A stretch of DNA of 64,000 nt from Methanomethylovorans hollandica DSM 15978 (GTDB lineage Archaea > Halobacteriota > Methanosarcinia > Methanosarcinales > Methanosarcinaceae). The DNA is taken from the NCBI RefSeq assembly GCF_000328665.1, contig NC_019977.1, positions 744,001-808,000 on the forward strand, written 5' to 3'. Position numbers and translations under genes: made by a program. Position 1 is the stretch's first letter. Every line of letters begins with the position of its first letter. The notes under the pieces were generated by a model, which was not told the DNA's origin, searched no databases, and worked only from the letters and a program-made list of their open reading frames with translations. Shown here in pieces: positions 53,643 through 63,660 of the stretch.

Positions 53643-55424
53643 TCAATTGTGGTATAGTTCAGCTATTACATTTGAGAACCTTACTCCGAAATCAGTTTCC
53701 ATTACTTTTGTCCATACTTCCGGGAAAGATTCAAGTAGCTCTGTTATCTCTTTTCTGCGATAAGCAAGATAATTTTCAACTCCAGGGTCAATTATTATCT
53801 GCTCTCCTACTGATTTCCTGCCTTCTGTGTAGTCCCACTTCCCATATTTCAGATAGTTTTCCAGTAGTTCCATTGCAACTACTGCATCATGGATATCGCC
53901 AAGAACATCCTGCAGTTCTTTAAGGTCTTTAATAAGGCTTTTTGTTTCCTCTCCAAGAACTTCATCGAAGAATTCCAGTGTGTATCTCAAAATCTTTATA
54001 TCTATGCGCAAAGCATGTAACATCTCAAAGGAAGGTTCATCTTCGCGTACCAGATCATCGTAGGCTCGCACTTTAGAGAGCTCATTATACAATAGAGGAG
54101 GAAGTACATCCCTTACTCTGTGGGGCAGGGGTCTGCCATCCCTGTCTACCAGTGATTCTTCCCATTGCCCCTCCTTTTCCAGTATTTTTGTGAAATTGAG
54201 CTTGAACTTATCATATTTAGTACTGTCAAGATGTAACAGCATAAGTCCTCTTGCCTTGTCTCTTTCTATCAGAAGAGTTCCAACAAGTTCGTCCAGTTCC
54301 GAAGTTCTATCTTCGGGAAGCGATCCGGTATAGTGTTGTATCTTTTCCATGAACACATCCAGGTCGCGGACAGCTCCAAGGGATCTGCGGGTATCTTTTA
54401 TGTTCCTGAAAATAGGCTTCATAGTATTCATATCCAGATGACCGTTGAACACCTGCAACACAGAACGCATGCGCATGGCTGCGACACGCATATCGTGTAA
54501 CTCTTCTATATCCTTACCCAGCATTGTGCCACGTTCATGTTTGAGCATTCTTCCAAAATGGAATCTCAGGATCTTGTGGGCAGCTTCTTTCATGTGGTCA
54601 TCTTTTCTTATATCAGTTCTTTTCATTGAAAAGAAGCTTTTACTTTTTGTTACAGCAGTAGCACTCTTTGTACCAGTTTCAGTTATTATTTCAAAAGTGT
54701 CTGTAGTCCCATTTGTTTCTATAGTTCCACTTGTTTCCGGGTCAATGTCCATCATTGTTTCCGGGAACATAGTTTCCGGGATATTTCCGGAAGATGAACC
54801 AGTTTCACAGATTTTTCCTTTTTCCTTATCATCCTGGATAATGTCATTGTTAATTATGTATATCTCATTTTCATTATCAGTAGAGTTCCAGCTTGCATAG
54901 CTATCTTCAGGATATAATATCCGGGATACCATCATACTACTGATAACTGCTACTAATTGGCTCTCACCGGCATACATGGTGTTCCCGGTTTCAATATCTT
55001 GCGGCTCGGATCCGCTCTCTGCAGGCATCGATGTATTTCCGGATTGTTGCAGCATGATATTGAACAATAACAGGAGTATCCCTGCTGTATAAGTGAGTAC
55101 TACATATGCCACTTTAGGATAGAACCAGTCTTCAGGGTAAAGGATTATAAAACCAAGTACACCGGAAATTGATAGTAAGGAGCCGCAAGCTAAAAAAAAA
55201 CCGGAGCTCCCTTTCCATGGAAATTTTGTGTTAAGGCCAAGTAGGATGACTAGTATCCCCGATCCTGCAAGTCCCAGGGATACAAGGATCTTTCCAGGTT
55301 CAGAAAATCGATTCATGTTCTCCAACATTGCATATGTGATAGCAGATGCAATTAAGATCAAGCCGGCAGCGATCATAAAAAGCGCAGGAGCTTTTTGATT
55401 ATTCTTTTTCCCCTCTCTATCCAT
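53643..55424 (-). CDS. Membrane-anchored CHAD-domain protein
   Basis: About four N-terminal TM helices, an acidic Thr/Glu-rich linker, and CHAD motifs LHDMRVA.MR.RS, LGAVRDLDV, LHALRI..K.LRY..E and LQDVLGDIHD. Confidence 0.88.
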   Translation of the reverse strand: MDREGKKNNQKAPALFMIAAGLILIASAITYAMLENMNRFSEPGKILVSLGLAGSGILVILLGLNTKFPWKGSSGFFLACGSLLSISGVLGFIILYPEDWFYPKVAYVVLTYTAGILLLLFNIMLQQSGNTSMPAESGSEPQDIETGNTMYAGESQLVAVISSMMVSRILYPEDSYASWNSTDNENEIYIINNDIIQDDKEKGKICETGSSSGNIPETMFPETMMDIDPETSGTIETNGTTDTFEIITETGTKSATAVTKSKSFFSMKRTDIRKDDHMKEAAHKILRFHFGRMLKHERGTMLGKDIEELHDMRVAAMRMRSVLQVFNGHLDMNTMKPIFRNIKDTRRSLGAVRDLDVFMEKIQHYTGSLPEDRTSELDELVGTLLIERDKARGLMLLHLDSTKYDKFKLNFTKILEKEGQWEESLVDRDGRPLPHRVRDVLPPLLYNELSKVRAYDDLVREDEPSFEMLHALRIDIKILRYTLEFFDEVLGEETKSLIKDLKELQDVLGDIHDAVVAMELLENYLKYGKWDYTEGRKSVGEQIIIDPGVENYLAYRRKEITELLESFPEVWTKVMETDFGVRFSNVIAELYHN

Positions 55425-55530
55425 ACATATCCCTATGTTTCCTGACAATTAAAGTTTTTTGCATGCATTTGTGCTTTTTCATTTTCTTGTGCAATGACCT
55501 TATGTTCGTTTCCACATCAAGTTCCACTTT

Positions 55531-55705
55531 TTACTTATCCTTCAGTACGGCATGTACAGGGCAGACTTTCACACATTTGCCACAGTAAATAACATGTCTG
55601 GTCTTCAATAACTGCTTTACCTTTGGACATATAGATCGCATCTAATGGGCATTTCTTAACACACTTCTTACAAGCAATGCATTCCTTCTTTAATACCCAA
55701 GGTGT
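55531..55705 (-). pseudogene. Degenerate 2x[4Fe-4S] ferredoxin
   Basis: PWVLKKECIACKKCVKKCPLDAI...EDQTC, then a 1-nt frameshift near 55591 to IYCGKCVKVCPVHAV; no start codon behind the GAGGT RBS. Confidence 0.8.
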
Positions 55706-55886
55706 ATTGTACCTCTTAATTAATGCAGCAGATAAAGAAAATGCCCTTAGAAATCATATCTCTTGTGATACTGTTTCTTACTCCCCATCAATGTAATTTC
55801 TGCTTAGCAAATAAAAATCTATAGAAAATATATTATATATAGAGCATAAGATCTATTATTATTCTAAATATGTATAAGAAGGAATT

Positions 55887-57191
55887 ATGCAAATAATCGA
55901 CATAATTAATAATATTGGACTTGACCCTTTTCTTGTAACTTTTTTCAAGAAACTGGGAGTTTCTCTCATGATAGGGATACTCATCGGGATTGAACGCGAG
56001 CACTGGAGGACCAGCAAAAAGATCTATGCAGGGGTAAGAACCTTTACCATTACATGTCTTATCGGCATGCTAGCCACATTCATGCAACCTTATGTTTCCT
56101 TTGACATACTTCTTATAACTACTATCTTTATGTTTTCTTCCTGCGTTCTTATAATCTACTCAGTGAACATAGTCTATGGTCGTTCCGGCCTCACAAGCGC
56201 TATTGCTCTCTTTTTTACATACCTTTTAGGCATCCTTGTAGGCAGTGGCATGTTCCTGGTGCCAATAGTTTCTGCTGTTGTCCTCACATTTGTCCTAATT
56301 GAGAAAAAACCATTGCATGCATTAGCGGAGCACCTTTCTGAAAAAGATATCTCTGGAGCACTGAAATTCCTCGCAGTGGTTTTCGTCCTATATCCCATAG
56401 TACCTGCAGAACCCTTATATGATGTGCTGAATCTCAAATCCGCCATCCTCATCGTTGTCCTCGTGTCTTCCATCAGTTTTGTAAACTATCTATCTCTCAA
56501 AAAAATGGGTTCCAAAGGAGGTATAGCTTATTCCGGGCTTCTGGGAGGTCTGGTCAGCAGTGAAGCTACCATTGTAGCACTCGCAAACATCTCACGCAGG
56601 AGGATCAACCTCACAGAGAATATATACATGGGCTCCATGCTGGCGGTCATATCTATGCTTATCAGGGACATTGTCATAGCTATCATTGTGGACACCAGCG
56701 GTAGAACTGCATTACTTATGCTTCCTCCCTTCTTGATAATGGGACTTGTCACAGTGATGCTTGTACTCTTTGAAAGGCAGAAGATAGAAGTCACCCAGGA
56801 AACACTTGAGATTGGATCACCCTTTGCCTTGGGCCCTGCTTTTAAGTTTGGTTTGATCTTCGCTCTTTTCCTTTTACTGGCAAACACCACCAACAATTTC
56901 GCCGGATCCATAGGCACCTATGCTACAGCTTTGGGAGGTATAGTAAGCAGTGCAGCAGTTATTGCATCTGTGACATCTCTTGCACTTGGTGGTAATATCT
57001 CCTATCAGACTGCTGCTGAAACTGCAGTAATGGCAAGTATTATAAGCACATTGACAAAGCCTGTATTTATAAAAATAACTGGTTCCAAGGAGTTGTTCAG
57101 CAGATCCCTGAAACCTTTCATATTGATAGTTATTACCGGAAGCTTAGCCCTCATAGCCTGGAGCATATTCCAGCCTGGGTTATTAAGATAA
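55887..57191 (+). CDS. MgtC/SapB family membrane protein (DUF4010-type)
   Basis: IGILIGIERE...AGVRTF, GLTS and GGLVSS.A motifs; many TM helices. Confidence 0.88.
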   Translation: MQIIDIINNIGLDPFLVTFFKKLGVSLMIGILIGIEREHWRTSKKIYAGVRTFTITCLIGMLATFMQPYVSFDILLITTIFMFSSCVLIIYSVNIVYGRSGLTSAIALFFTYLLGILVGSGMFLVPIVSAVVLTFVLIEKKPLHALAEHLSEKDISGALKFLAVVFVLYPIVPAEPLYDVLNLKSAILIVVLVSSISFVNYLSLKKMGSKGGIAYSGLLGGLVSSEATIVALANISRRRINLTENIYMGSMLAVISMLIRDIVIAIIVDTSGRTALLMLPPFLIMGLVTVMLVLFERQKIEVTQETLEIGSPFALGPAFKFGLIFALFLLLANTTNNFAGSIGTYATALGGIVSSAAVIASVTSLALGGNISYQTAAETAVMASIISTLTKPVFIKITGSKELFSRSLKPFILIVITGSLALIAWSIFQPGLLR

Positions 57192-57217
57192 AGCAAAATT
57201 TCAAAGGAGATTATTAT

Positions 57218-58690
57218 ATGCTCAAGAATATTGATCTTTCTCTCTCTATGACCAAGACGGAGTACAAATCCCAGATAGATGATCTGTATATCCGTATAGG
57301 AGAACTGCAGCGTAAAGCCTGGAAGATGAGGATACCGATTGTCATTGTGTTTGAAGGATGGCATGCTTCCGGCATGGCAGAGATCATTAATCGTTGTCTG
57401 ATGGGATTAAACCCAATGGGGTTCAGGTACCATGTTACAACGAAACCAACATATGAAGATCTCAAAAAACCTCTTATTTGGAGGTTCTGGCAGGACATAC
57501 CTGCATATGGCAGCATTGCTATCTTTGACAGGAGCTGGTATAGCCGGGCTGTCATAGAATATTTTAACAGAAAAGGAAACAACGAACAATTTGAACATTG
57601 TGTTGAAAGGATAAATGTTTTTGAACGGCAGCTTGCAGACGACGGTCACCTCATAATTAAATTCTTTATGCATATAACCCAGAAAGAACAGCAGAAAAGG
57701 TTTCGGGAATATGAGAAGAAGATCATACCCCTCTGTGTTGTTGATGAGGAACTTGATTATCTCAATGAATATGACAACTATCTGCCTTTCATAGACCAGA
57801 TTCTTGAAAGCACACACAGGGGATATGCTCCCTGGACTGTCATAGAGGCCGAAGAATCTAATCACGCAACAGTAAAAGTGCTTTCTACGACCATAAGCAT
57901 GATGGAAGCACATATCGAAAAAATAAATGATAAAACCTTAAAACCCTTTAAGGATACTATCAGCAGTATAGATCCATCCGCCCCCAGACTTTCACAGGTC
58001 GATCTTTCCCTGAAGACCGAAGAGGATGAATATGAGGAAAAAAAGGATCAGTACCAGGAAAGGCTGGGTGAACTGCAGTATGAATTGTTCAACCAAAAAA
58101 TTCCCGTGGTAGTAGCCTTTGAAGGATGGGATGCTGCAGGCAAAGGTGGTAACATAAGACGGATAGCCAGGAAACTTGATCCCAGGCTTTATAGTGTTGA
58201 ACCTGTGGGGGTGCCCAATGATTTTGAAAAGAACCATCACTATTTGTGGCGTTTCTATCGAAAAATACCCGAAGCCGGACATATAACCATCTTTGACCGA
58301 AGCTGGTATGGAAGGGTGCTGGTGGAGAGGGTGGAAGCCTTTTCCAAGGAAGAACAATGGAAGCGGGCATACAACGAGATAAATGAGTTCGAGGAAATAT
58401 TGACAGATTTCGGGACGATCATAGTAAAGTTCTGGTTGCACATAGATGAGAACGAACAATTGAAAAGATTCAAGGAAAGAGAAAACACTTCTTATAAACA
58501 GTGGAAGATAACCTCGGATGACTGGAGGAACAGGGAAAAATGGGGCGAATATAGTGAAGCAGTAGATGAGATGCTTTTAAAGACGCATACTACTCATGCT
58601 CCCTGGACAATTGTCGAAGCAAATGATAAAAAATATGCAAGATTAAAGACCTTAAAAACACTTGTGAAAACCATTGAGAAAGAGCTGTAG
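57218..58690 (+). CDS. Two-domain PPK2 family protein (polyphosphate:AMP phosphotransferase type)
   Basis: Tandem PPK2 domains; the C-terminal one has FEGWDAAGKGG and FDRSWYGRV, while the N-terminal P-loop is degenerate (FEGWHASGMA). Confidence 0.92.
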   Translation: MLKNIDLSLSMTKTEYKSQIDDLYIRIGELQRKAWKMRIPIVIVFEGWHASGMAEIINRCLMGLNPMGFRYHVTTKPTYEDLKKPLIWRFWQDIPAYGSIAIFDRSWYSRAVIEYFNRKGNNEQFEHCVERINVFERQLADDGHLIIKFFMHITQKEQQKRFREYEKKIIPLCVVDEELDYLNEYDNYLPFIDQILESTHRGYAPWTVIEAEESNHATVKVLSTTISMMEAHIEKINDKTLKPFKDTISSIDPSAPRLSQVDLSLKTEEDEYEEKKDQYQERLGELQYELFNQKIPVVVAFEGWDAAGKGGNIRRIARKLDPRLYSVEPVGVPNDFEKNHHYLWRFYRKIPEAGHITIFDRSWYGRVLVERVEAFSKEEQWKRAYNEINEFEEILTDFGTIIVKFWLHIDENEQLKRFKERENTSYKQWKITSDDWRNREKWGEYSEAVDEMLLKTHTTHAPWTIVEANDKKYARLKTLKTLVKTIEKEL

Positions 58691-58698
58691 TTAGCCAG

Positions 58699-59949
58699 TC
58701 AGGGATTCTGTTCAGCTGCTTTGAAAGTTATTTCATGTTCATACAGGATCCTCCATAGATCACTTTTCTCATCAGCTCTGGCAGCATCTGTTTGTGCACC
58801 AGGGCCCTGTACTGTGATCAGTATTTTCTTTTCCTCTATGGTGATCCTGTTCAACTGTGAATGCATGCGGCTATAATCCAGCCCATCAGCAATGCGTATG
58901 AGTGCTGCCAGCCTGAGTGTATTCTCCTGCATCTGCGCTGACATTTTTCCAAATGGCTTGAGCTGCAGTTTTTCCAGTTTTTCCCTGCTCATCTTCTTCT
59001 TGTGCAGGAAAGTTGTCCACACTGCAACTGGCCAGAACCTATGAGGTAACTCCCTGGGAGGGGAATGCATCAGTATATCCCTGCCAGTCTTATGGTGGTC
59101 TGCCATGTTGGTGTACACTCCCACATCATGTACCAGAGCAGCTATCCATATTACCCTGCGATACTCTTCTTCCAGGCCATGTACCTCTTTTAGCTCATCG
59201 AAAAGCTTAAGAGCATTTTCTGTGACCTTTCTAGCATGCACTCTTTCAACATGATGAATTTCAAAGAGTTTCTGCACAGAGAGAGGTTTAGATACAAGAT
59301 CCATGTTCTCTTTTAGAAAAGGACCTTCTTTTTCCACTTCTTGCATTAATTGCAGCGCATACTCAAACTTTGCGAGAGAATCAGGGGAAAGACTATAGTT
59401 TTTTTTAAGCTCATCCATCAGCTTTTCCATATCTCCCTTATTTCCTTCGGGAAGCATCTCCACTTCTATTTCCAGATATTCCAGCCTTTTTTCCCAGACC
59501 GTTATCAACACATCATCCAGGCTGAGCTCTGCCACATGCTTCTCCTTATTAAAGATATTTCTCACGTTCCTTATATGGGATACATTGAAGAGTGGTATAA
59601 GTTTGTTTTTTCCCACTATACCGGCAAGAAATTCTTTCATATCCGGATCGTTCCATTTTTCAAATGGTGTGTCCTGTTTCAGTAAGTACTCCATTTCTTC
59701 CCTATGCCTCACACCATTTTTTCGCATCCCTCCAAGGGATTTGATTGTGTAAATTATACTGTCTTCCTTTTGCCTGCGCCTGAGGTAATGTCCACTGGAC
59801 ATTATAGCCATGTCCACGGTATCCAGATAAGTGTCCTCCAGCCGGGCCTGAACAGCAGTACTTAGTGCAAAGGGGCCGATGCTTTGGGCAGACATAAGGG
59901 CTTCAAAAGTATCCTTTTTGGGAACCGAAAATTTAGCTTCTATTTCCAT
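58699..59949 (-). CDS. CYTH domain fused to a Ppx/GppA-type HD domain
   Basis: N-terminal EIEAKF, DTYLDT and EIEVE (CYTH); C-terminal HARKV, AALVHDVG, HHK and RIADGLD (HD). Confidence 0.85.
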   Translation of the reverse strand: MEIEAKFSVPKKDTFEALMSAQSIGPFALSTAVQARLEDTYLDTVDMAIMSSGHYLRRRQKEDSIIYTIKSLGGMRKNGVRHREEMEYLLKQDTPFEKWNDPDMKEFLAGIVGKNKLIPLFNVSHIRNVRNIFNKEKHVAELSLDDVLITVWEKRLEYLEIEVEMLPEGNKGDMEKLMDELKKNYSLSPDSLAKFEYALQLMQEVEKEGPFLKENMDLVSKPLSVQKLFEIHHVERVHARKVTENALKLFDELKEVHGLEEEYRRVIWIAALVHDVGVYTNMADHHKTGRDILMHSPPRELPHRFWPVAVWTTFLHKKKMSREKLEKLQLKPFGKMSAQMQENTLRLAALIRIADGLDYSRMHSQLNRITIEEKKILITVQGPGAQTDAARADEKSDLWRILYEHEITFKAAEQNP

Positions 59950-60111
59950 TCAGTACCATAAAATGATTTGTTTATTGGTACTTAGTGTTTACTAAAGAAA
60001 AAGAAACTGGATTCAAAAAGTCATATCATTAATGTCAAACAAAGAAGGCAGGGTCTTAATTCCCGCTCTGAGCGTTTCATACAAATTGGTACAACTATTT
60101 AGTTTCATTAT

Positions 60112-60225
60112 CTAGAGCACGTTCCTCAGATCCAGCAGGATAAGCAATCTGTCATCAAGCTTTCCAACTCCCTTAATATAGTTGGCCGATACTCAGGATG
60201 TTATGATATCAGGTGAAGGGTAGAC
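60112..60225 (-). pseudogene. cheW C-terminal remnant
   Basis: Translates as VYPSPDIITS*VSANYIKGVGKLDDRLLILLDLRNVL*, the typical CheW C-terminus with an internal stop and no 5' part. Confidence 0.75.
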
Positions 60226-60252
60226 GTAAACACAATAATTGTTCTGTTTATA
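60225..60252. promoter_or_regulatory. Candidate BirA operator upstream of pycB-pycA-birA
   Basis: CGTAAAC-N14-GTTTATA resembles the bipartite TGTAAAC-N14/16-GTTTACA BirA site. Confidence 0.4.
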
Positions 60253-60397
60253 CCATAAAAAGCACTATTGAAGCCGGATAACCAGAAACTAAATATGATA
60301 TCATGGAGTATTAAGTACAATTTTAGCTTGAGCTGCACATCAAAGCGGCTCATTTACATTTATTATATTTAGTTTATTTATGTCCCAGAGGTGTCAC

Positions 60398-62125
60398 ATG
60401 AAAGTAAAAATTACAGAGACCGTCCTGCGAGATGCACACCAATCGCTCATAGCCACCCGCATGCGCACCCGCAACATGCTACCCATAATGGACAAACTCG
60501 ATCAAGTAGGGTATTATTCTCTTGAGATGTGGGGAGGTGCCACATTCGATACCTGCATCAGATATCTGAACGAAGATCCGTGGGAAAGGCTCAGGTCACT
60601 CAAAAAACAAATGCATAATACTTATGCTCAGATGTTACTTCGGGGACAGAACCTCGTGGGTTACAGGCATTATTCGGATGACGTTGTTGAGAAGTTCGTT
60701 CAGAAGGCCTATGAAAATGGTATAGATATTTTCAGGGTATTCGATGCTGTCAATGATATCCGCAATATGGAAAAGGCCATATCAGTAGCTAAAAAGCAGG
60801 GAGCTCACGTTCAGGGTGCTATATGTTATACTACAAGTCCCGTGCACACTATAGAAAAATACGTGGAACTTGCAAGAGATCTGGCGGAGCATGAATGTGA
60901 TTCTTTGTGTATAAAGGATATGGCGGGACTTATTTCTCCCCATCAGGCATATGAGCTTGTAAAGGCTATCAAGAAAGAAGTCAATTTGCCAGTGGACCTG
61001 CATTCTCATTGTACATCCGGTATGGCACCTATGAGCTACATGGCAGCATGCAGGGCAGGTGTGGACATATTGGACACTGCAGTATCACCTCTGGCGTGGG
61101 GAACTTCACAGCCTCCCACAGAATCCATAGTAGCTGCCTTGGAAGAGACAGAGCGTGCCACTGGTCTGGATATAGAGCTCATTACAGAGGTCGCAGAGTA
61201 TTTCAAGAAGATAAAAGATGAGCTGAGGTGTGTCCTTAACCCAATATCAGAACAGATCGATACTAATGTGCTGGTATATCAGATTCCGGGTGGCATGCTC
61301 TCTAACCTTGTATCTCAGTTAAAGGAACAGAATGCTCTGGACAAGTACAAGGATGTGCTCAAGGAAATGCCCCGGGTCCGTGCAGAACTGGGATATCCTC
61401 CGCTTGTGACTCCCACCAGCCAGATCGTGGGTACTCAGGCAGTACTTAATGTACTCATGGGGGAACGCTACAAGGTCATCCCCAAGGAGGTCAAGGACTA
61501 TGCCCGGGGGCTGTATGGCAGACCACCTCACAAGATAGATGAGGACATATTGGTTAAGCTCATACAGGACGAAGAGCCTATCACTTGCCGCCCGGCCGAT
61601 CTGCTTGAACCTGAATATGAGAAGATGAAAGCTCAGGCAGAGAAATTGGGCCTCATTAAGAAGGAAGAGGATGTCCTCACTTACATCTTGTATCCTGCAA
61701 TAGCCCCGGCTTTCCTGAGGGGCGAATCAAAAGAGGAAGAACTCACTCCCATCATGACAGAAATGCATCCCTGTGCAGTTTCCAGTTCTCAGGGAATACC
61801 CACAGAGTTCAAGGTGGAAGTGGATGGTGATGTTTTCAATGTGAAGGTCCATCCGGTGGATGGTTCCCTTACGGTGACAGAAAGCTCTGGAAAACCCTCT
61901 GCAAGATCGGTTGCTGGAGCGGTCACAAGCCATATGCAGGGCATGGTCCTCTCCATCAAGGTTGGCGTAGGCGATGATGTTAAGGAAGGTGACATTATAT
62001 GTGTCATGGAGGCCATGAAAATGGAAAATGCTATTCATGCACCACACAGTGGGATTGTTAAAGAGATCTTCTTCGGGGAAGGCGATCCTGTTGCCTCCGG
62101 AGATATATTGATGGCAATCGAATGA
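60398..62125 (+). CDS. pycB: Pyruvate carboxylase subunit B (carboxyltransferase plus biotin carrier)
   Basis: LRDAHQSL, EMWGGATFD, IKDMAG, HSH and the EAMKM biotinylation motif. Confidence 0.93.
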   Translation: MKVKITETVLRDAHQSLIATRMRTRNMLPIMDKLDQVGYYSLEMWGGATFDTCIRYLNEDPWERLRSLKKQMHNTYAQMLLRGQNLVGYRHYSDDVVEKFVQKAYENGIDIFRVFDAVNDIRNMEKAISVAKKQGAHVQGAICYTTSPVHTIEKYVELARDLAEHECDSLCIKDMAGLISPHQAYELVKAIKKEVNLPVDLHSHCTSGMAPMSYMAACRAGVDILDTAVSPLAWGTSQPPTESIVAALEETERATGLDIELITEVAEYFKKIKDELRCVLNPISEQIDTNVLVYQIPGGMLSNLVSQLKEQNALDKYKDVLKEMPRVRAELGYPPLVTPTSQIVGTQAVLNVLMGERYKVIPKEVKDYARGLYGRPPHKIDEDILVKLIQDEEPITCRPADLLEPEYEKMKAQAEKLGLIKKEEDVLTYILYPAIAPAFLRGESKEEELTPIMTEMHPCAVSSSQGIPTEFKVEVDGDVFNVKVHPVDGSLTVTESSGKPSARSVAGAVTSHMQGMVLSIKVGVGDDVKEGDIICVMEAMKMENAIHAPHSGIVKEIFFGEGDPVASGDILMAIE

Positions 62126-62134
62126 GGAGATCCC

Positions 62135-63625
62135 ATGTTTAACAAAGTGCTCATTGCGAACAGAGGTGAAATAGCCATCCGGGCCATGAGGGCCTGCAGA
62201 GAGCTGGGAGTGAAGACCGTTGCCGTATATTCTGAAGCTGATAAGAATGCCCTCTTCGCAAAGTATGCTGACGAAGCATATCTTTTAGGCCCGGCACCTT
62301 CAAGCCAGAGCTATCTTAATATGGAGAAGATACTTGATGTAGCTGAGAAGACAGGTTCTGAAGCTATACACCCTGGTTATGGTTTTCTGTCGGAAAATCA
62401 TGTATTTGCATCCAAATGTGAAAAAGCCGGAGTAGTTTTCATAGGTCCTCCCGCAAATGTTATCAAGAAAATGGGTAGTAAGATCGAGGCTCGTAAGACC
62501 ATGAGCAAGGCAGGGGTCCCTGTAGTTCCAGGTACCGAAAATGCCATCTCTGAGGTCGACGAAGCTGCCGAGATCGCAGAAGATATTGGCTATCCGGTAA
62601 TAATAAAAGCGTCTGCAGGTGGTGGCGGTATAGGAATGAAGATAGTCCATTCCAGAGAGGAATTTGCCAACGCTATCGCTTCCATTCAATCTGTTGCAAA
62701 ATCTGCTTTTGGGGATCCAACTGTATTCATAGAAAAATACCTGGATGAACCCAGGCACATAGAGTTCCAGTTACTCGCTGACAGGTACGGGAATACGGTC
62801 CATTGCAATGAAAGAGAATGCTCTATACAGCGCAGACATCAGAAGCTGATAGAAGAAGCTCCTTCTCCGATCATTACCGAGGAGATGCGTGAACTTATGG
62901 GAGAAGCCGCTGTCAAAGGAGCAAAGTCTATAGGCTATGAAAATGCAGGCACCATGGAGTTCCTGTATTCCAAGGGAGAGTTCTATTTCCTTGAAATGAA
63001 CACGCGTCTGCAGGTAGAGCATAGTATTACAGAGCTGATAACTGGTCTTGACCTTGCTAAAAAACAACTATGCATTGCTGCTGGTGAGGAACTTGCATAC
63101 TCGCAGGAGGATATTCCTCTGTGGGGCTGGGCCATAGAATGCAGGATCAACGCTGAAGATCCTTTGAACGATTTCGCTCCTTCTCCAGGAAAGATACGCA
63201 GGTACCGTTCTTCAGGCGGGCCAGGCGTGCGTGTGGACAGCGGTGTACATATGGGATACACTATTTCCCCGTATTATGATTCGATGATCTCAAAGCTCAG
63301 TGTATGGGCGCCTACGCGTATTGAAGCTATACACAGGATGGACAGAGCACTTTATGAATACGTAGTCGTGGGAGTTGCAACTAATATACCGTTCCATAAG
63401 GCAGTGATCAGGCATGAGCAGTTCCTCAAAGGCAATCTTACAACCCATTTCATAGAGGACAATTCCATAATCAAAGATGTGGAAAGAGTTGTAAAGGAAG
63501 ATTCGGAAAAGGGAGCTACACTTGCATCTGCACTTGAGAACAAGTCGACAATGGTCGCTGCCGTCACTGCAGCTGTAGAGTCTTATATGCATGCGGCAAA
63601 GAATCAATCTAGTAATACAGAGTAA
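62135..63625 (+). CDS. pycA: Pyruvate carboxylase subunit A (biotin carboxylase)
   Basis: [28 protein letters not shown] and [10 protein letters not shown] motifs. Confidence 0.93.
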   Translation: MFNKVLIANRGEIAIRAMRACRELGVKTVAVYSEADKNALFAKYADEAYLLGPAPSSQSYLNMEKILDVAEKTGSEAIHPGYGFLSENHVFASKCEKAGVVFIGPPANVIKKMGSKIEARKTMSKAGVPVVPGTENAISEVDEAAEIAEDIGYPVIIKASAGGGGIGMKIVHSREEFANAIASIQSVAKSAFGDPTVFIEKYLDEPRHIEFQLLADRYGNTVHCNERECSIQRRHQKLIEEAPSPIITEEMRELMGEAAVKGAKSIGYENAGTMEFLYSKGEFYFLEMNTRLQVEHSITELITGLDLAKKQLCIAAGEELAYSQEDIPLWGWAIECRINAEDPLNDFAPSPGKIRRYRSSGGPGVRVDSGVHMGYTISPYYDSMISKLSVWAPTRIEAIHRMDRALYEYVVVGVATNIPFHKAVIRHEQFLKGNLTTHFIEDNSIIKDVERVVKEDSEKGATLASALENKSTMVAAVTAAVESYMHAAKNQSSNTE

Positions 63626-63660
63626 ATATTCTATAGAGAGATGTTTATTGGTGGGATAAA

